Under the pieces are notes generated by a model that was not told where the DNA came from, made no database searches, and worked only from the letters and a program-made list of their open reading frames with translations. 64,000 nucleotides of DNA. It comes from Schizochytrium sp. TIO01. Lineage: Eukaryota > Protista > Bigyra: Labyrinthulomycetes. Location: NCBI GenBank assembly GCA_004764695.1, contig SMSO01000033.1, positions 2,046,001-2,110,000 of the forward strand, in the 5' to 3' direction. Positions 30,113 through 42,490 of the stretch are shown here, one piece after another (positions within the stretch are counted from its first letter, which is position 1; each line of letters starts with the position of its first letter). The position numbers and the translations under genes were made by a program.

Positions 30113-31908
30113 CTAGTACCAGCTTCTTCCTCCCCATAGCCGGTTTTCTTTCTTTTCTTCAAAAGAAACATGAATGGAAAGTTTTCAGTTAAGAAAACAA
30201 AGAACAGTTTGGAAAAGGGTGGAATACATCATTTCTGATTTTCAAAACATGTTTCTGAAATCGGTTGGACCTACCTCATTGAGTTACCCTTCGTCGCCTT
30301 TGCAAGTCTGCGACTCCTAAAAAACCAAAGTATATAGCTTGCCTTCATAACCTCAGAACCAGATATTATAGTTTTTCTTGTTCTTTTTTTTCTTTTTAGT
30401 TTTTTTTTTCTTTTTAAAATTAATTAAAAAAAACAAACAATCTTTTTAATGGAAATAAATAAATAAATAATGCAGTAACAACTGAGTTGGAGAGACAGGT
30501 GCATTTCGCATTGTAGATGCCTTCAAATTAGTATGAAAATGCATTGTGTTCTTGTCTTTAAGAGAAATAAAAACGGCCACACAAGAATGAGATCTATGCA
30601 AAAGCTCTCTCACGCAATAGATTCATGTCATCTCGCAATAAAATAATAGCTCTCATTACAGTTGAATTTGGAGTTGGGATTTTGGGTGTTATAAAACAAG
30701 CTACTCGCCAGCTGATGTTGGATTATTATTCACCACGAAGAACTCTAGCATTTGCTTTTGAAGTTCGTTTTATTCCATTGAACCATAGATGAAGTCATTC
30801 AGCTCGCACTATTGTGCGTGAAGATCGTACATGTCGTGGCCATCAGCGGTATTCCTTTTCGTAAAGCAGATCAGTACAAGTTAGTGTTCTTATCGCCTCC
30901 TCAACGCGTTAGTGCTTTCTTTTGCCTACAAGTGTGGGGTACTTGGAACGGTGGTACTAAACTTTCTCCAAGGTGTTGCCCAAATCCCTATTACTAGCGG
31001 GTTACTGAAGGGTTTTTAACATCACATCTTTCGTTGAGAACCCAAAACAATGTACAGGGCATGAAAAAGGAGACTTCGGGCAGTTCAAATCCAATGTAAT
31101 GAGATATGTAAATTAGTTCAGATAGATAGAGCAAATGAGTAGCAAGAGAGGCAGAATGGAATCGAAAGAAAAGAATAACATTTTTTCAACAACAACAATA
31201 AAAGAGGGAAACACATTTTTCAAAAGAGGGAACATAGCCGCCTCTTTTCGGATAAGGTAAATCTGAAGAGAAGCGCAGCGAAAATGGAGGCATAACGTAG
31301 CGCAGCGCACAAAACTGACAGAAACGATGACGCTACATTATTGAGTCTTGTCTTTTCTCCTTGGTAAAATAAATACAAAGGAATGATTGAACAAAACGCG
31401 GTACGCGCACCCAAACATGCTGCTATCTACAGCCTGTTTGGAACACTAAAAACTTAGCGTCGTTGGCATGGTGCCAGGAGGCATGCAAAAAAGCAAACAA
31501 TAGGCAAAAGGAGAGCTAGGGCGGAGGTGACCAAAGACAGTCAGAAGCTTGAAGAGAAACCAAAGGCCTCAAGAAACTCCTCAGATCTTAACGAAATCTT
31601 AAGACAAAAATTTCATGAGAAGAGACAATATCGTTCCGTAGCTTGATACAGTTGTCTACTCTGGGCGAATCAAGACCCTCGTCGAGCAAAGAAGTAAAGC
31701 AAAGAATCAACCGAGCCCGGTTTGCTAGAGAAAGATATTGCTGGAGCACCAAGTCTGCACAAAAGGGGAAAGCGAATGTTTGCATTCCACAGTAGTCAAT
31801 CTTGACCCAGCTTGTTTGCCTATCACTTCAATGTGCTCATTCGTCTGGAAGACATGAAGGCAGCGTACTGAAGAATACGAACAAGCAAATACGTAACGAT
31901 CTCCTTAA

Positions 31909-33897
31909 TTAGTCGCTCCATTCATCCTCTGAGTCGGAGTCGCTCATTGCCGCCCTACGTTCGTTCATGGTCTCAATAAGCTTGGCCATGAGCTGATTTT
32001 GTGCCTTGGGTTTCATTGCACCAAGATCCGGGAGTGCCTTGCCACTTCCATTAGTTCGTCTGGGTGCCACGGATGGTGTTCCCACTCTTCTAAGGTCAAC
32101 TCCTTGTTGAATTCCAGCAAGAAGTCCTGCATTGGCCCTTGGTATGGCCGGCATGGAGGGTTTCTTCGTGATCGGTTTAGGCGGAGGCGGCGGCAAGGCA
32201 AACCTTGGGGTCGGTGGAGTGCTCTGGACAGTCTCTTCGTCCTCGTCCTCGGGGATGGCTGCTAGGGCCGGAAGCGGCGGAAGCTCGGGCATCGGAGGTG
32301 GTGCTGGTGGCACCACTGGCAACGGGGGCGGTGGCGGCGGGGGCAGATTTGGCGGTGTTCCTCTGTTGAAGGCCATCGGGGGTTTCGAAGTCGGTAGCGG
32401 GGGAGGCTTGGCCTTTGATTTCCTCAAACTCAAAGAGATGCGGCGACTTGTACGTTCTGATTTAGCCATGCTCAGCCTCATTCTTGCTGCTTCGTTCTTC
32501 GCTCTCAGTTCTGCAATCTCTGCCATGATGCGGTCTCTTTCTGCTGCTGCCTCCTCAGCCTCGTGCCGAGCCTTTTCTGCATCTTCTCGTGCCTTTTCGG
32601 CGGCTCGTTCAGCTTCCTCTTCTTCAGGTGACTTGCGAACCCTTGCCAGGCTTGCACGGTAGTTGTTTACGGCCATATGAAGCGTCTTTTCTGCTTCAGC
32701 TGCTGCCTTCGCCTGGACCTGTGCTTCCTTTTCCTTCGCGCGGAGCTCTTTATTTGCCTTCTTAAGCTCCCTCCTTGGCGGCAGAGGGGGCGGTGCCGCC
32801 TGCTTATTGGTGGACCTCCTGGTGCTGCTCTGATCGTCACCTTCATCATCTGCAAAATCCTCATCCTCATCCACAGTTGCTGAGTCTTCTTCAATCTGCG
32901 CGGCTGCGGCGCGGGCTTGTTCTGCCTCCTGAGCGGCGATATAGGACTGGTTGTCGTCCTCCCAGGCCTGGAGCGCGGTTTGTTCAGCCTCGTAGGCAGC
33001 GAGGTCAGCGTAATATTGGCGCATCTCTTCTTCGTACTTGGCATAGGCCGCCAGCTCCTCTTCAGAGAGTTCCTCCACGGCATCTCCGATCTGGTCCTCA
33101 GTCAGGTCCTCATAGTCAGGGTCCTGTTGATATAACACGGTAACCTGCTGTTGGCGCTCGGCTTGCTGGATCGTGGCCATAATAGCTGCAGCCGTTTCCG
33201 GGTTCTCAAGGTCCTTCTTACGTACACCTGCCTGCTTGAAGAGTTGCTTCCACTGCGGGTTGAGATGGTTCACGTCAAAGGTGCCATCAGCGTTCACACC
33301 AACATGCTGGTTGTGCTGCAGCATGCGAACTTGGCCAATTCGCAATGACTCGCGGCCCTTGGACTTGGAGCTTCCGCCGCCAAAAATACCGCCGAAGAGG
33401 CCTTTCTTTTCCTTGCGCAGTAGATTCGCGCCAGCATTGGACTTGCTTGTGGGGCGTAGTGCCATTACCTTGCTGAGGAAGGTGCGGGCCTCGCCCTGAT
33501 CTGCGAAGCAAAATCCCGCGACAGCATCTTCAATCTCAATTGCATGGAACTGTGCATTGAGGACTTCGTAGTTAATGTCCAGGTATAGTTCATAAGAAAA
33601 TCGCAGCGAGAACGTTTTGAGGTCGTAGATTTGAAAGACAAGAGCGTCTACGGCGCGATCGATAATGAGAACGAGAGCACCTACAACGTTAGTGGTTGTC
33701 CACTCCTCGTTGCTTAGGTTCTTAAAGGTACGCAGAATAGAGTCCTTGGGAGGTTTGCGTGCAACACGAGGATCTGGGGACGCGAGGTGAAGTCTTGCGA
33801 TAGCTGCCGCGACCACTGTCTGCCGAGCGCCAATGACTGTCTGAAGTTTGTGCCTCTCATCTTGAGTGATCAAAGGCACGCTCATAAGGCCTGCCAT
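31909..33897 (-). CDS. WASP-family Arp2/3 activator (WH1 - GBD/CRIB-like - coiled coil - proline-rich - WH2/C/A)
   Basis: First in-frame ATG at 33897 (the ORF track begins at GTG 34146). WH1 (AIARLHLA...EWT...YELY...QFHAIE...GFCFADQGEARTF), HNQHVG...FD...WKQLFKQAGV, polyproline, LLAGIQQGVDLRRV, LIETMNERRAAM, acidic end DSEDEWSD. Confidence 0.9.
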   Translation of the reverse strand: MAGLMSVPLITQDERHKLQTVIGARQTVVAAAIARLHLASPDPRVARKPPKDSILRTFKNLSNEEWTTTNVVGALVLIIDRAVDALVFQIYDLKTFSLRFSYELYLDINYEVLNAQFHAIEIEDAVAGFCFADQGEARTFLSKVMALRPTSKSNAGANLLRKEKKGLFGGIFGGGSSKSKGRESLRIGQVRMLQHNQHVGVNADGTFDVNHLNPQWKQLFKQAGVRKKDLENPETAAAIMATIQQAERQQQVTVLYQQDPDYEDLTEDQIGDAVEELSEEELAAYAKYEEEMRQYYADLAAYEAEQTALQAWEDDNQSYIAAQEAEQARAAAAQIEEDSATVDEDEDFADDEGDDQSSTRRSTNKQAAPPPLPPRRELKKANKELRAKEKEAQVQAKAAAEAEKTLHMAVNNYRASLARVRKSPEEEEAERAAEKAREDAEKARHEAEEAAAERDRIMAEIAELRAKNEAARMRLSMAKSERTSRRISLSLRKSKAKPPPLPTSKPPMAFNRGTPPNLPPPPPPPLPVVPPAPPPMPELPPLPALAAIPEDEDEETVQSTPPTPRFALPPPPPKPITKKPSMPAIPRANAGLLAGIQQGVDLRRVGTPSVAPRRTNGSGKALPDLGAMKPKAQNQLMAKLIETMNERRAAMSDSDSEDEWSD

Positions 33898-36800
33898 GTT
33901 GCGCTGTTGATTGTTATTATTGTTGTTGATATTCTTCAGGTTTCGGGTGTTGGGGTTAGCTGAGCTCGAGGCTGTCGAGCCGTTCCGGGAATTCTCGTTG
34001 TTTGTGGCAACTCGAGCGTCCCGGCGGTCAAGCCAGGAAGGTGGTCTTACAACGCCCTGCGTGGTGCTTGGCGCGTTAGTCCACCGGGCCTGCTGTCCGG
34101 CAGCCTTCGTCCTCTTGTAGTTTGAGCTCTGGCCACGAGAACTCACGTTCTCGCCGCCGCCGTCGCCTCAGTGAGTGTTCTGCCCCTTTTGCTGTCGCTT
34201 GTTGAGCGAAGCAGCTTGGAAAGCTTGCCACGAATTCCCTCCTTCTCCTCTCCTCTTGCAGGTGAAAGTTGGCCTTACCTCGACGATGGACAGAGATCGA
34301 ATGAGCACGTGACCAAAATGAGAAAGTCAAGAAACAAAGAAAAGCAGAATGAACCAAACGAAACACGTGCGGAGAAAGCAACCCGATGCCTTCTCTCTCC
34401 CACACACCCTTACGATGATCGCCTTCTCGAGGGTGCGATACACCGGGGAGGTTTAGCCTGTTTGTCTCTCTAGGAGGAGCAGGCAAGTCCGCGACTTTGC
34501 ACAAAACTGAGCAGAGCTCGATTTGCCAAGCTTGAAACAAGCAGAGAGGGACAAACAAATGACGGTCTATGATAATCTAACGTGGAGGTGAGAATATCAG
34601 CCCGAGCAACTCGAATCAATTCACTGCGCTTCTTTTCTATTCAGCCAAAGCCAATATAGTATAGCAAACCTGAGTACGTACACAGGACGACAATGTATAG
34701 CTCAACACGATGAATAAAATAAATGCGAGAGTCAATTAATGAGCGCGTGCACCCACACTCCCTCGCTCACTCACACACGCGGTCGTGTGTATTTTATCCG
34801 TGTACTAAAATAGCTCTTAGGTGAGTCTATAGCCAGGACACGTGCGCACAATGTATTAAAATCGCCTCTGGCTCCACTATTGTACGTGTTATTGAATAAA
34901 TGAACGATGTCCTTTTTTCTCCTCTGCTAATCTATGATCTATCTGTAGCAAAGAGTGTTCCAAGTCGATAGGTAGATTAAAAAGTTCAATTGATGTGCTG
35001 ATGATTCCTTTGATTGACTGATCGATCGATTGACTGATTGATTGATTGATTGTCTTCTGCTGATCGACTCACCGCTCTTGTCCGCTAAGAACCAGGGCAA
35101 GGCACCGGCCGATATCTCTAGCGGCAAGGGCACCTACGGGATCTGCAGACTCGTCGCCCTAGAACCTACTCAGAGAGGAGAACTCCGCAGCAGCGAGAAC
35201 CCGTCCAAAGTAGAAGTAGGGATGAGCAACAAAACAACAAAAAGACTCGCAGGGAAAGCAAGAAAGACGCTGCGCTCCCGATGCCGATGGCCAGCACGAG
35301 CCGCCGAGCGAAGTACCGGCGGGGCCGCGGCGTACCGGTACAGGGAATCGGGAGACCCTGTGTAGGATGCGCGGTTCTGCCGAAAGCCTCTGGAGGAGGC
35401 TGGCGGCGCGGCGGGTCAGCGCTGCGCACAAGCCAAGTTGAACTGGAGACGAGGCGGAAAGAGAGAAGGACACATGAAAATACGGAAAGCCAAAGTGGAG
35501 ATAAATGGGCCAGAGGGTATGAGGGGGGGAGTCTGCTGTAGTGGAGACAGAGTGAGACGATGAAGAAATTAATGGAGGTATTCTCACAATAAAGTTTATC
35601 CGACACTGGCTGGTGCGGGGGAGGGGATATATGAAACTTCGGCCCCAATCGTAGTCTGTTCCTGGTATCGCGATAATTTGGCAAAGAGAAGTTCTATTAT
35701 ATTTTGTCAGTGACGGATGAATAGTATCTTAAAATTATACAATACCCCTTATTTGCACACAAGTTAGATCCTGGATGCATGAAGAGACCTAAGCCTTTAG
35801 GGGTATAGTAGAAACTATGAAGTCAACATTTATTTAATCCGAAATGGGCATACCAACTTCGCTTGATCGAAGCCACAGTTTTCTGGTCATCACACGCACG
35901 TCGCTTTTACTCTTTCTAGTATCAGAATAGAAGGGTATATGCGGCGAGGTCAATAGATTTCTGCAAGTTCTACTTTTAAGTTGTAGGTCCTTGTACATTT
36001 TCATTTTGGTTGTAGCCTGGAATTATTACTACCATTTTGCTATTTCCATCTATTTATATTACCAGGATATTAGGCAGTGCTCGTAGTACGGGTACGTACC
36101 TCCACGAATCGCGAGACCGTGTGTACCCGGACATTCAGCTACATGATTTCTTATCAATTTTAAGAATGAATATGGTCCTTCGGAGGAAAGCCCTGATTCT
36201 GCGAAAGTACCTACTACTGCGCTCGAAATGCTTACATGAGGCATGTGCATGTATAACCACTGTTAATCAGGGTTTTACGACTATAGCTGATAAGCCCTAA
36301 TGATCAATGCTACGATGAAACGTTCTCTTCACAGAGTCAATTCTTATTCATTATCCCTGGGAGAGGCATCATCGACTGAGGGAGGAATCAATGCCGAGCA
36401 CTCAATTTGTTAGGTACCTGCTAAGGAGTTGCACACTGACAAAGAGCGTTCACATAAAAGGAGATTGCGAATCGATTCAAGTCGTAATACTACCTAAGTA
36501 GTTTTTCGAATCCATTTTGCACACAGACATCCGAGCCGATCGAGGAGGGTGAGACGATGATGACGAGTCATGGAATGTAGAAAAAGGTACTTTCATTATT
36601 CCACATAACAGAGCAAAACTACTCTTCATCGGTTTCATTGTGAAAAAATTATGGAAGCCTGATACATGGATCCTGTGTTTATCGAAATGAAAGAGGAGAT
36701 ATAACCGAATTACCTGTGGCATAGTAGCTTGGCGCAACTATTGCTTGGGTTGTCTTTTCTGCATTTATGTTTCGCAAACAAAGACAAATGGTTTGTTTAC

Positions 36801-37258
36801 TTAAATGGAATGACTCGTTCAAGCATTTGTTTTGCCGGGATTCATTTGAACCAAGTTTATAAGCGCAAGTTTGGTAGTATCCTATTCAATTTTGAGTAGA
36901 TTATAGGATTGTTGCTTGATACTTTGTAGATTATAGTGTCTCTTTTAGAGCGCCTAAATTGGCGTACTGGGTTATTGGTTTAGGGACTACCTTCTTATGT
37001 CTATCACTGATGTATGCTGCGGAACACAAGAGATTATCCATAAGTTGATACAATATTTAAAGAGAGTGGTTTTTCAAAATCCAATAATACATACATTTAT
37101 AAAACCTCGTAACAAGTAATAGTACCATAAACATTAAAAAATGGTGCTCATCAAGGTCCAAAGCGAAGAGCATCTTTCGTACTTCCCTAAAGAGCAAGAT
37201 TCTATAGCCGATATAGGGCTTTAACTGTCGGAACCGTGTTTCACAATGAAAGGCTTAG

Positions 37259-38410
37259 TTACTCAGATTTCATCTGTTGCACCAGAATCCAAGAGTTTGT
37301 TTTCCCCTTTTCTAACCTCACGCGTCCCTCGCGTTGTAGTTTGTCAAGATGCTGAGTGACAGATCGTTTTGCGCCGCGTTTAAGAATCCAAGATAAATTC
37401 TGGTCAGCATAAATAGTTTCAACAAGCTCATCTGACGACAATGGCTTTTTATTCTCTTGAAGAACCTTTACAATTTGATCCTCACGTAGCTGGCGATGCT
37501 CAATATAATCCTTAATGCGTTGCAAACCATTTTGGACAAGCGCACCATGGCCCGGATAAAGGCGACCAATTTCTACCTCATCATCCACAATCTGGCTTAG
37601 AGAATCTGCAATATCTTGATCGTTCTCAGCAAGCTCTTCAGCTACTTCTTGCGCAAGTAATTCGCACTCTGCTTTAGAAAGTTCAAGTTCGCGCTGAAGA
37701 ATGCGAAGGCTGCCAACATAGTCATGAAGGTTCTCAAAGACGGCGGTGCCAGATCCAAGAACACAGTCTCCGGTGAAGATAGCACCTTCTTCCTGGAGGA
37801 CTAGGGCGACATGGTCTACAGTATGGCCCGGCGTAAGAACTGCACGAAGAGTAGCACCCGATACGGCAATGACGGTGCCATTTTCAAGCACACAATCATA
37901 CTTTCGGCCAGAGGGATCCTTCTCACCAGCCCACTTGGGGCGTTTCCAAATTCGTACATCTGGAAAGGCAAGACGGAGACGTGAAATCCCTCCAACATGA
38001 TCTTGATGCTCGTGTGTAATAATAATATCAGAGAGAGTAGCTTCTTGCTCACGTAAAGTTGATTTGAGAAGTCGATGGTAGGCAAGATTTCCGTCACCCG
38101 TATCAATAAGCACACGGAATTCCCCAGTGCCCACGAGGTAGGTGTTCGTTCCTTGGAGCGTAAAAGAGCCCGGGTTTTGTCCAAGAACTCGAATTACTCG
38201 TTTCGAAAGCTCTTCGACTGCTGGAATTGGAGGCAAATTTTTGGGTGGCTTACCGAAGTTTGCAAAGAGATATGCGAGGCGTTTACGTCTCTGTCTTGCA
38301 CCTGGAATCACCGAGAGTCTCGCCATTTGCACAGCAAAGGCCAGCACCAGCACAATCACTGTGCTCTGAAGCGCCTGCTTTACAGGCGTGGGGAGGTTTA
38401 TGGACACCAT
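37259..38410 (-). CDS. LACTB2: LACTB2-like metallo-beta-lactamase-fold endoribonuclease with N-terminal hydrophobic helix
   Basis: NPGSFTLQGTNTYLVG, LIDTG, THEHQDHVGG (HxHxDH), TPGHTVDH, FTGDCVLG, YPGHG, HRQLREDQI, and winged-helix tail HLDKLQREGRV. First ATG at 38410. Confidence 0.88.
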   Translation of the reverse strand: MVSINLPTPVKQALQSTVIVLVLAFAVQMARLSVIPGARQRRKRLAYLFANFGKPPKNLPPIPAVEELSKRVIRVLGQNPGSFTLQGTNTYLVGTGEFRVLIDTGDGNLAYHRLLKSTLREQEATLSDIIITHEHQDHVGGISRLRLAFPDVRIWKRPKWAGEKDPSGRKYDCVLENGTVIAVSGATLRAVLTPGHTVDHVALVLQEEGAIFTGDCVLGSGTAVFENLHDYVGSLRILQRELELSKAECELLAQEVAEELAENDQDIADSLSQIVDDEVEIGRLYPGHGALVQNGLQRIKDYIEHRQLREDQIVKVLQENKKPLSSDELVETIYADQNLSWILKRGAKRSVTQHLDKLQREGRVRLEKGKTNSWILVQQMKSE

Positions 38411-39091
38411 GGCAGTGCGGTTAACTTTAACCAAAAAGTTGACAACTGACTTGAGAGAGCCTGTCTGTTTACCTGCGTGCAATTGTCTTGCACGGCTGAT
38501 GGGTTGCGCTTCCCTCTTGTAGGTCGTAGGTTGTTAATAAGTGAGTTGGATGTAAGGAACACGAAAGGAGAGCAGCGACGCAACAAGGAAAGTGGGGCTG
38601 TCGCGCTGCTTGTCGAGGATAAGGCTCAAGTTTCGCTGGACCTCTTGTTGGGAAAGAGAGACACTTCTTTGCCGTTCGGGTTTTACCTTAGAGAACTGTG
38701 CGAGTCTTGGTTGAAATTGATTCACGCTGCGCCTCTGAGAGTTTCTTTTCATTAACTTCTCCTGAATAATAGTAATTATCCAATACCCGCTAAGCACCCT
38801 AAGAGTCCCTCTAACTGAATACAAAATATTAAACTCACAAATGCTTCTGTGAAGGAAAAGCTAGGTGCCAGAGTAGATGACTCCATAAAGAAGACCTCAA
38901 CATCCAAAGAGGCGGACATGTAGCCTGCCAGGAACAAATTAAAGAATAACCATATGATGCAAGATTTATTTATCATGATCTTCCAAACTAGCACAGCTTC
39001 ACTTCCCCCCCAGGTCCGGACCCTTCTGAGCTTTTCTACAATGCTCTTCATTTGGTATATATAAAGCACCATAGAATTGAACTCAGAAGAC

Positions 39092-39113
39092 TTTTTTTTT
39101 TTTTTTTTTTTTT
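39092..39113. repeat. poly(T) tract
   Basis: Run of about 22 T. Confidence 0.9.
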
Positions 39114-40002
39114 CAAGCACTGACTATCCAAAGAAAAAGAAAGAAGACACCTATTTGTCGCATGCATGTACAAGAGTAGAGAAATAAGTAGGTAAACAAA
39201 GAATTGCCACAACACTGGACTCGAACGAAAGAAGTTGGACCAAGTTGTAGACCAAAAAAAAAAAGAAACGAAAGAGCTATCTATTGGCAAGTAAAAAAAT
39301 CTTTTCTGCGATTGATGGTATATTTTGTTTTATTACGATCACTCGCATGGCTCGAAGTATGAAAAAGACAAACCCATGCGAGGTTGAATGGGGGTATTAA
39401 ATGACGTTCAGGAAGAGGCCCGGAGAGTAAGTGAATCAGAGACATGATTAAGGAGGAAGATGCAAAAGTTAGGGAAACTGTCGTCGTGGTTGTGTTTTCG
39501 AAAGTTGGGAAATGGATAAAGAAGTAGTCGCGATTGGAAGAGGTGATGAAATTGTGGATTAGCGCAGAGAGGAAAAAAAGGAGGTCTCGTGGCCTCCGGA
39601 CTTTTCAGCAGCATGCGGAACCAGCTTTTCCAACCGAATGTGCATAAGACTTTGCTCAAGACTTTAACACTATGAAACCGACTTTTGCTTATGTGCTACC
39701 CGATGAACGAAGGGGTTAACGAATTAATTGCTTCCGCGATGCGGCAAGAAGGGTCGATTGATTGAATCAGGATATGTATGCCAGTATGTCGCATCGAGCG
39801 GCGCACAGAGCGGGCATGCAATATACGAGCAGCTACTAGACGGCTGTGCTAAATAAATTGAGCAAAAGCGTGGTGGTTGAGAAGGCATGGTTCGCGTTGT
39901 TTTGGAAAGGCTAAAGGATGACCACGGACTGACAAAAGAGTCTCCCTTGATAGGAAGAGGGAGGGAAGGATAGATCAAGTTACAACAAAGGAAGCAAAGC
40001 GC

Positions 40003-40700
40003 TTACTCGTCATCGTCATCCTCATCATCCTCATCGTCGTCATCATAGTCCTCGTGGGACATCATGGCGCCGCCAGTGTTCTGGGAGAGGGTGAGCATGT
40101 CGCGGTCGTAGCGCTGGCGGTCAGCCTCAGCCTGCTTGATAAACGGCTGGCGCTCGGCCTCGCTAGTCTCCTTCCAGCGGGCACCAAGGACCTTCTGGAT
40201 CTCAACCATGGACTTCTCAGGGTACTCGGCCTTGACGGAGTCGCGCATAGCCTTGCAAAAGTACAAGTATGCGGACATGGCGCGCTTGGGGCGGTTAGGG
40301 TCCTTACGCTTGCCCTTCTTGGAGTAGCTCGGGTCCGGGTGGTAGGTGGACATGGCGTTGTCGTAGCGGGCCTTGTCAGCAGCGGCGAGCTTGTTGTACG
40401 GGTCCTTCTCGTGTTCAGGCATGTTCTTCCACTCCTCTCCCAACTTCTTGCCCATCTCACCGAAGCCCATGTCGGGGTACTGTTCCTTGAGCTGAGGACG
40501 GCGCTCCTTGCTGTTTTGTTCATTTTCGTGATCAAATTCCATCTAAGTCAGTCAGTGTTTCACAAACTATGTCAATTGGTGTGCCCTATGGGACAGACAT
40601 AATGATAGATGTCCGAGACTACGTACCTGTAGAAGAGGAAGCCGGTAAGAGCCCGCTTGGGCTTGTTCGGGTCCTTCTTGACTGCCTTGGTCTTGGGCAT
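40003..40700 (-). CDS. HMGB-type chromatin protein with two HMG boxes and an acidic tail; exons 40700-40627 and 40510-40003
   Basis: Exon 1 MPKTKAVKKDPNKPKRALTGFLFY joins in frame to SKERRPQLKEQYP. Second box KDPNRPKRAMSAYLYF. D/E tail. Strong G/C-ending codon bias. Confidence 0.95.
40511..40626 (-). other. spliceosomal intron in HMGB gene (116 nt, phase 2)
   Basis: AG|GTACGT donor, CTGAC branch-like motif, AACAG|C acceptor. Removal restores HMG box 1. Confidence 0.9.
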
Positions 40701-42215
40701 CTTGTCTAAGTGTTATAAACTGTACACGTCACAATGTAGTAAATGATAAGATTTACAAGCAATCTTCGTCAGTGCTCCTGTTGCTGTTGTTCAACGCGTA
40801 CGCGCTCTACTAACCCCTTTCGCTTGCACAAGCACGGTATGTATCAATCAGCACACCTTCTCTCCTCTTTGCCGCTCTTCTCTCTCTCTATTTTCGCTGT
40901 CAGCTTTGGTAGTGCAGCTGCTAGTCCTTGGGAACCTGGACAAGCTTCGACTTGGGCACCTCCGTCGATCCATCTGTCGCTCGCTCGCTTGGTCCACCAT
41001 AGGAAAGCAACACCGGTCGCTGGTTGCCGCTGCTGCTCCTGCTACTCCTGCACAGGATCCACGCCATCACCAACGCATCACCTCAAGCCTAGCCTTGCCT
41101 TGTTCACGCACGATGGATTGATTCAACAATCTATTATAGGGTTTGCTGATCGTGTGTTTGGGTTTGGTGCCTTGACCGCCGCCTTTTCTTCGCCTTGCTC
41201 TCTAATTTTTCCCTTCTCTCTTTGCCTGCCTTTACTGGTCGTTAATATCTCACTCTTAGGACATGCGTAACCTTTGGTAGTCCTTCAAACATGAGAGAGA
41301 AAAAGCAGGTGGTTAGGCCACTAGGACTTATTATACCAAGTCCTACACAGCTAAACAAAACACTAGTACACGACTAGTTAGTGCCTGGCTATATTGGCCA
41401 AAGGAAAAAAAAGCTCAAGGGAAAAATCAAAGGCGCTGTCAAGCAGAGGCTAGAGTCCCTAAATACCCCCCTAGGCTCGCCAAAGAAACGCAGGCCGCCG
41501 CCTTAGAGCAGCTAGATATGGCGTACGTGGTGGTTAGACCAGGGCTTTAGTTCTGGCGTGGCACTTGCTCGAGCATCTCCATAGGTAGATAGATAGATAT
41601 AGAGGCCGCAGCTGCCATGCTTGGATCCGTCGCGTCGCATCCCTCTCTGTCTTTGCGGCTAAGAAGATCATCGGCTCAGGAGGTACTTCATCTTACCAGC
41701 TAACAAGCGATCTAACTACCCGAGCCTGCGATCATACACATATCATATGTATACACATATATATAACATACATGCCCCTCAAGGATTTTCCCTTCTCCTC
41801 ATCGCGCCCTTGCCTCTTAGTCTCTCCTAAGCTCCTCTTATCCTGGCTCCTTTGCACATTGTAGCTAGCTAAGGCCCAAAGAAAGACCTTGATAGAAGAA
41901 GAGAGAGGGAGAGAGGTGAAGCAAGGGCAGAGAGAGGGAGAGAAGAAGGGAAAATGCCTGCGACTGTATTTACAGAGAAAGAGCGAGAGAAGATGGAGCC
42001 CTACAGAAGTAAGTAAGGCACCTCTTGCGAGAGAGAGGTCCAAAGCTGTCGATCATCTCTGTCTCTCTCCTCCTCTTCCCGTCGCTTCCTGCGTCCTCTG
42101 CCATCTGACTAGCTAGCTAGCAAGCAAGCAAGCAGGAGTTATAAGAGGAAGGCTCTCGCTGTCCTCTTTGGCACTTGTCTGCTCCTCCTCTGATATGATG
42201 AGCTGAGTCTCCTCC

Positions 42216-42490
42216 CTCTGTCTCTGTCTGTCTGTCTGTCTGTCTGCTGTATTCCCCTGTCTCTCTCTCTCTCTCTTAACTGACCCACTCGCGAACCGGC
42301 GAGAAGAGAGGAAGAGAAAGAAGAGAGAAAGAAGAGAAAGAAAGAGAAAGAAAGTAGCAAAAGAAGAGAAGAAGAGACCGACGGGACCAGAGATGGGAGA
42401 GATATGGCAGGAAAGAGAGAGAGAGGGAGAGAGAGAGACACACACACGCACACACAAGAGGAGATACAGTACAATAGAGAGACAGACACA
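42216..42490. repeat. (TCTG)n/(TC)n tract followed by purine-rich (GA)n/(AGAC) tract
   Basis: Visible low-complexity repeats. Confidence 0.85.

Noticed and set aside
458-33897. Functional cluster of cytoskeletal genes (Sfi1-like, HAUS5, kinesin, WASP)
   Set aside because: They are interspersed with unrelated housekeeping genes, and no shared regulatory signal was seen.
40511-40542. MEFDHENEQN as the HMGB start
   Set aside because: It is intronic. The real first exon is 40700-40627.
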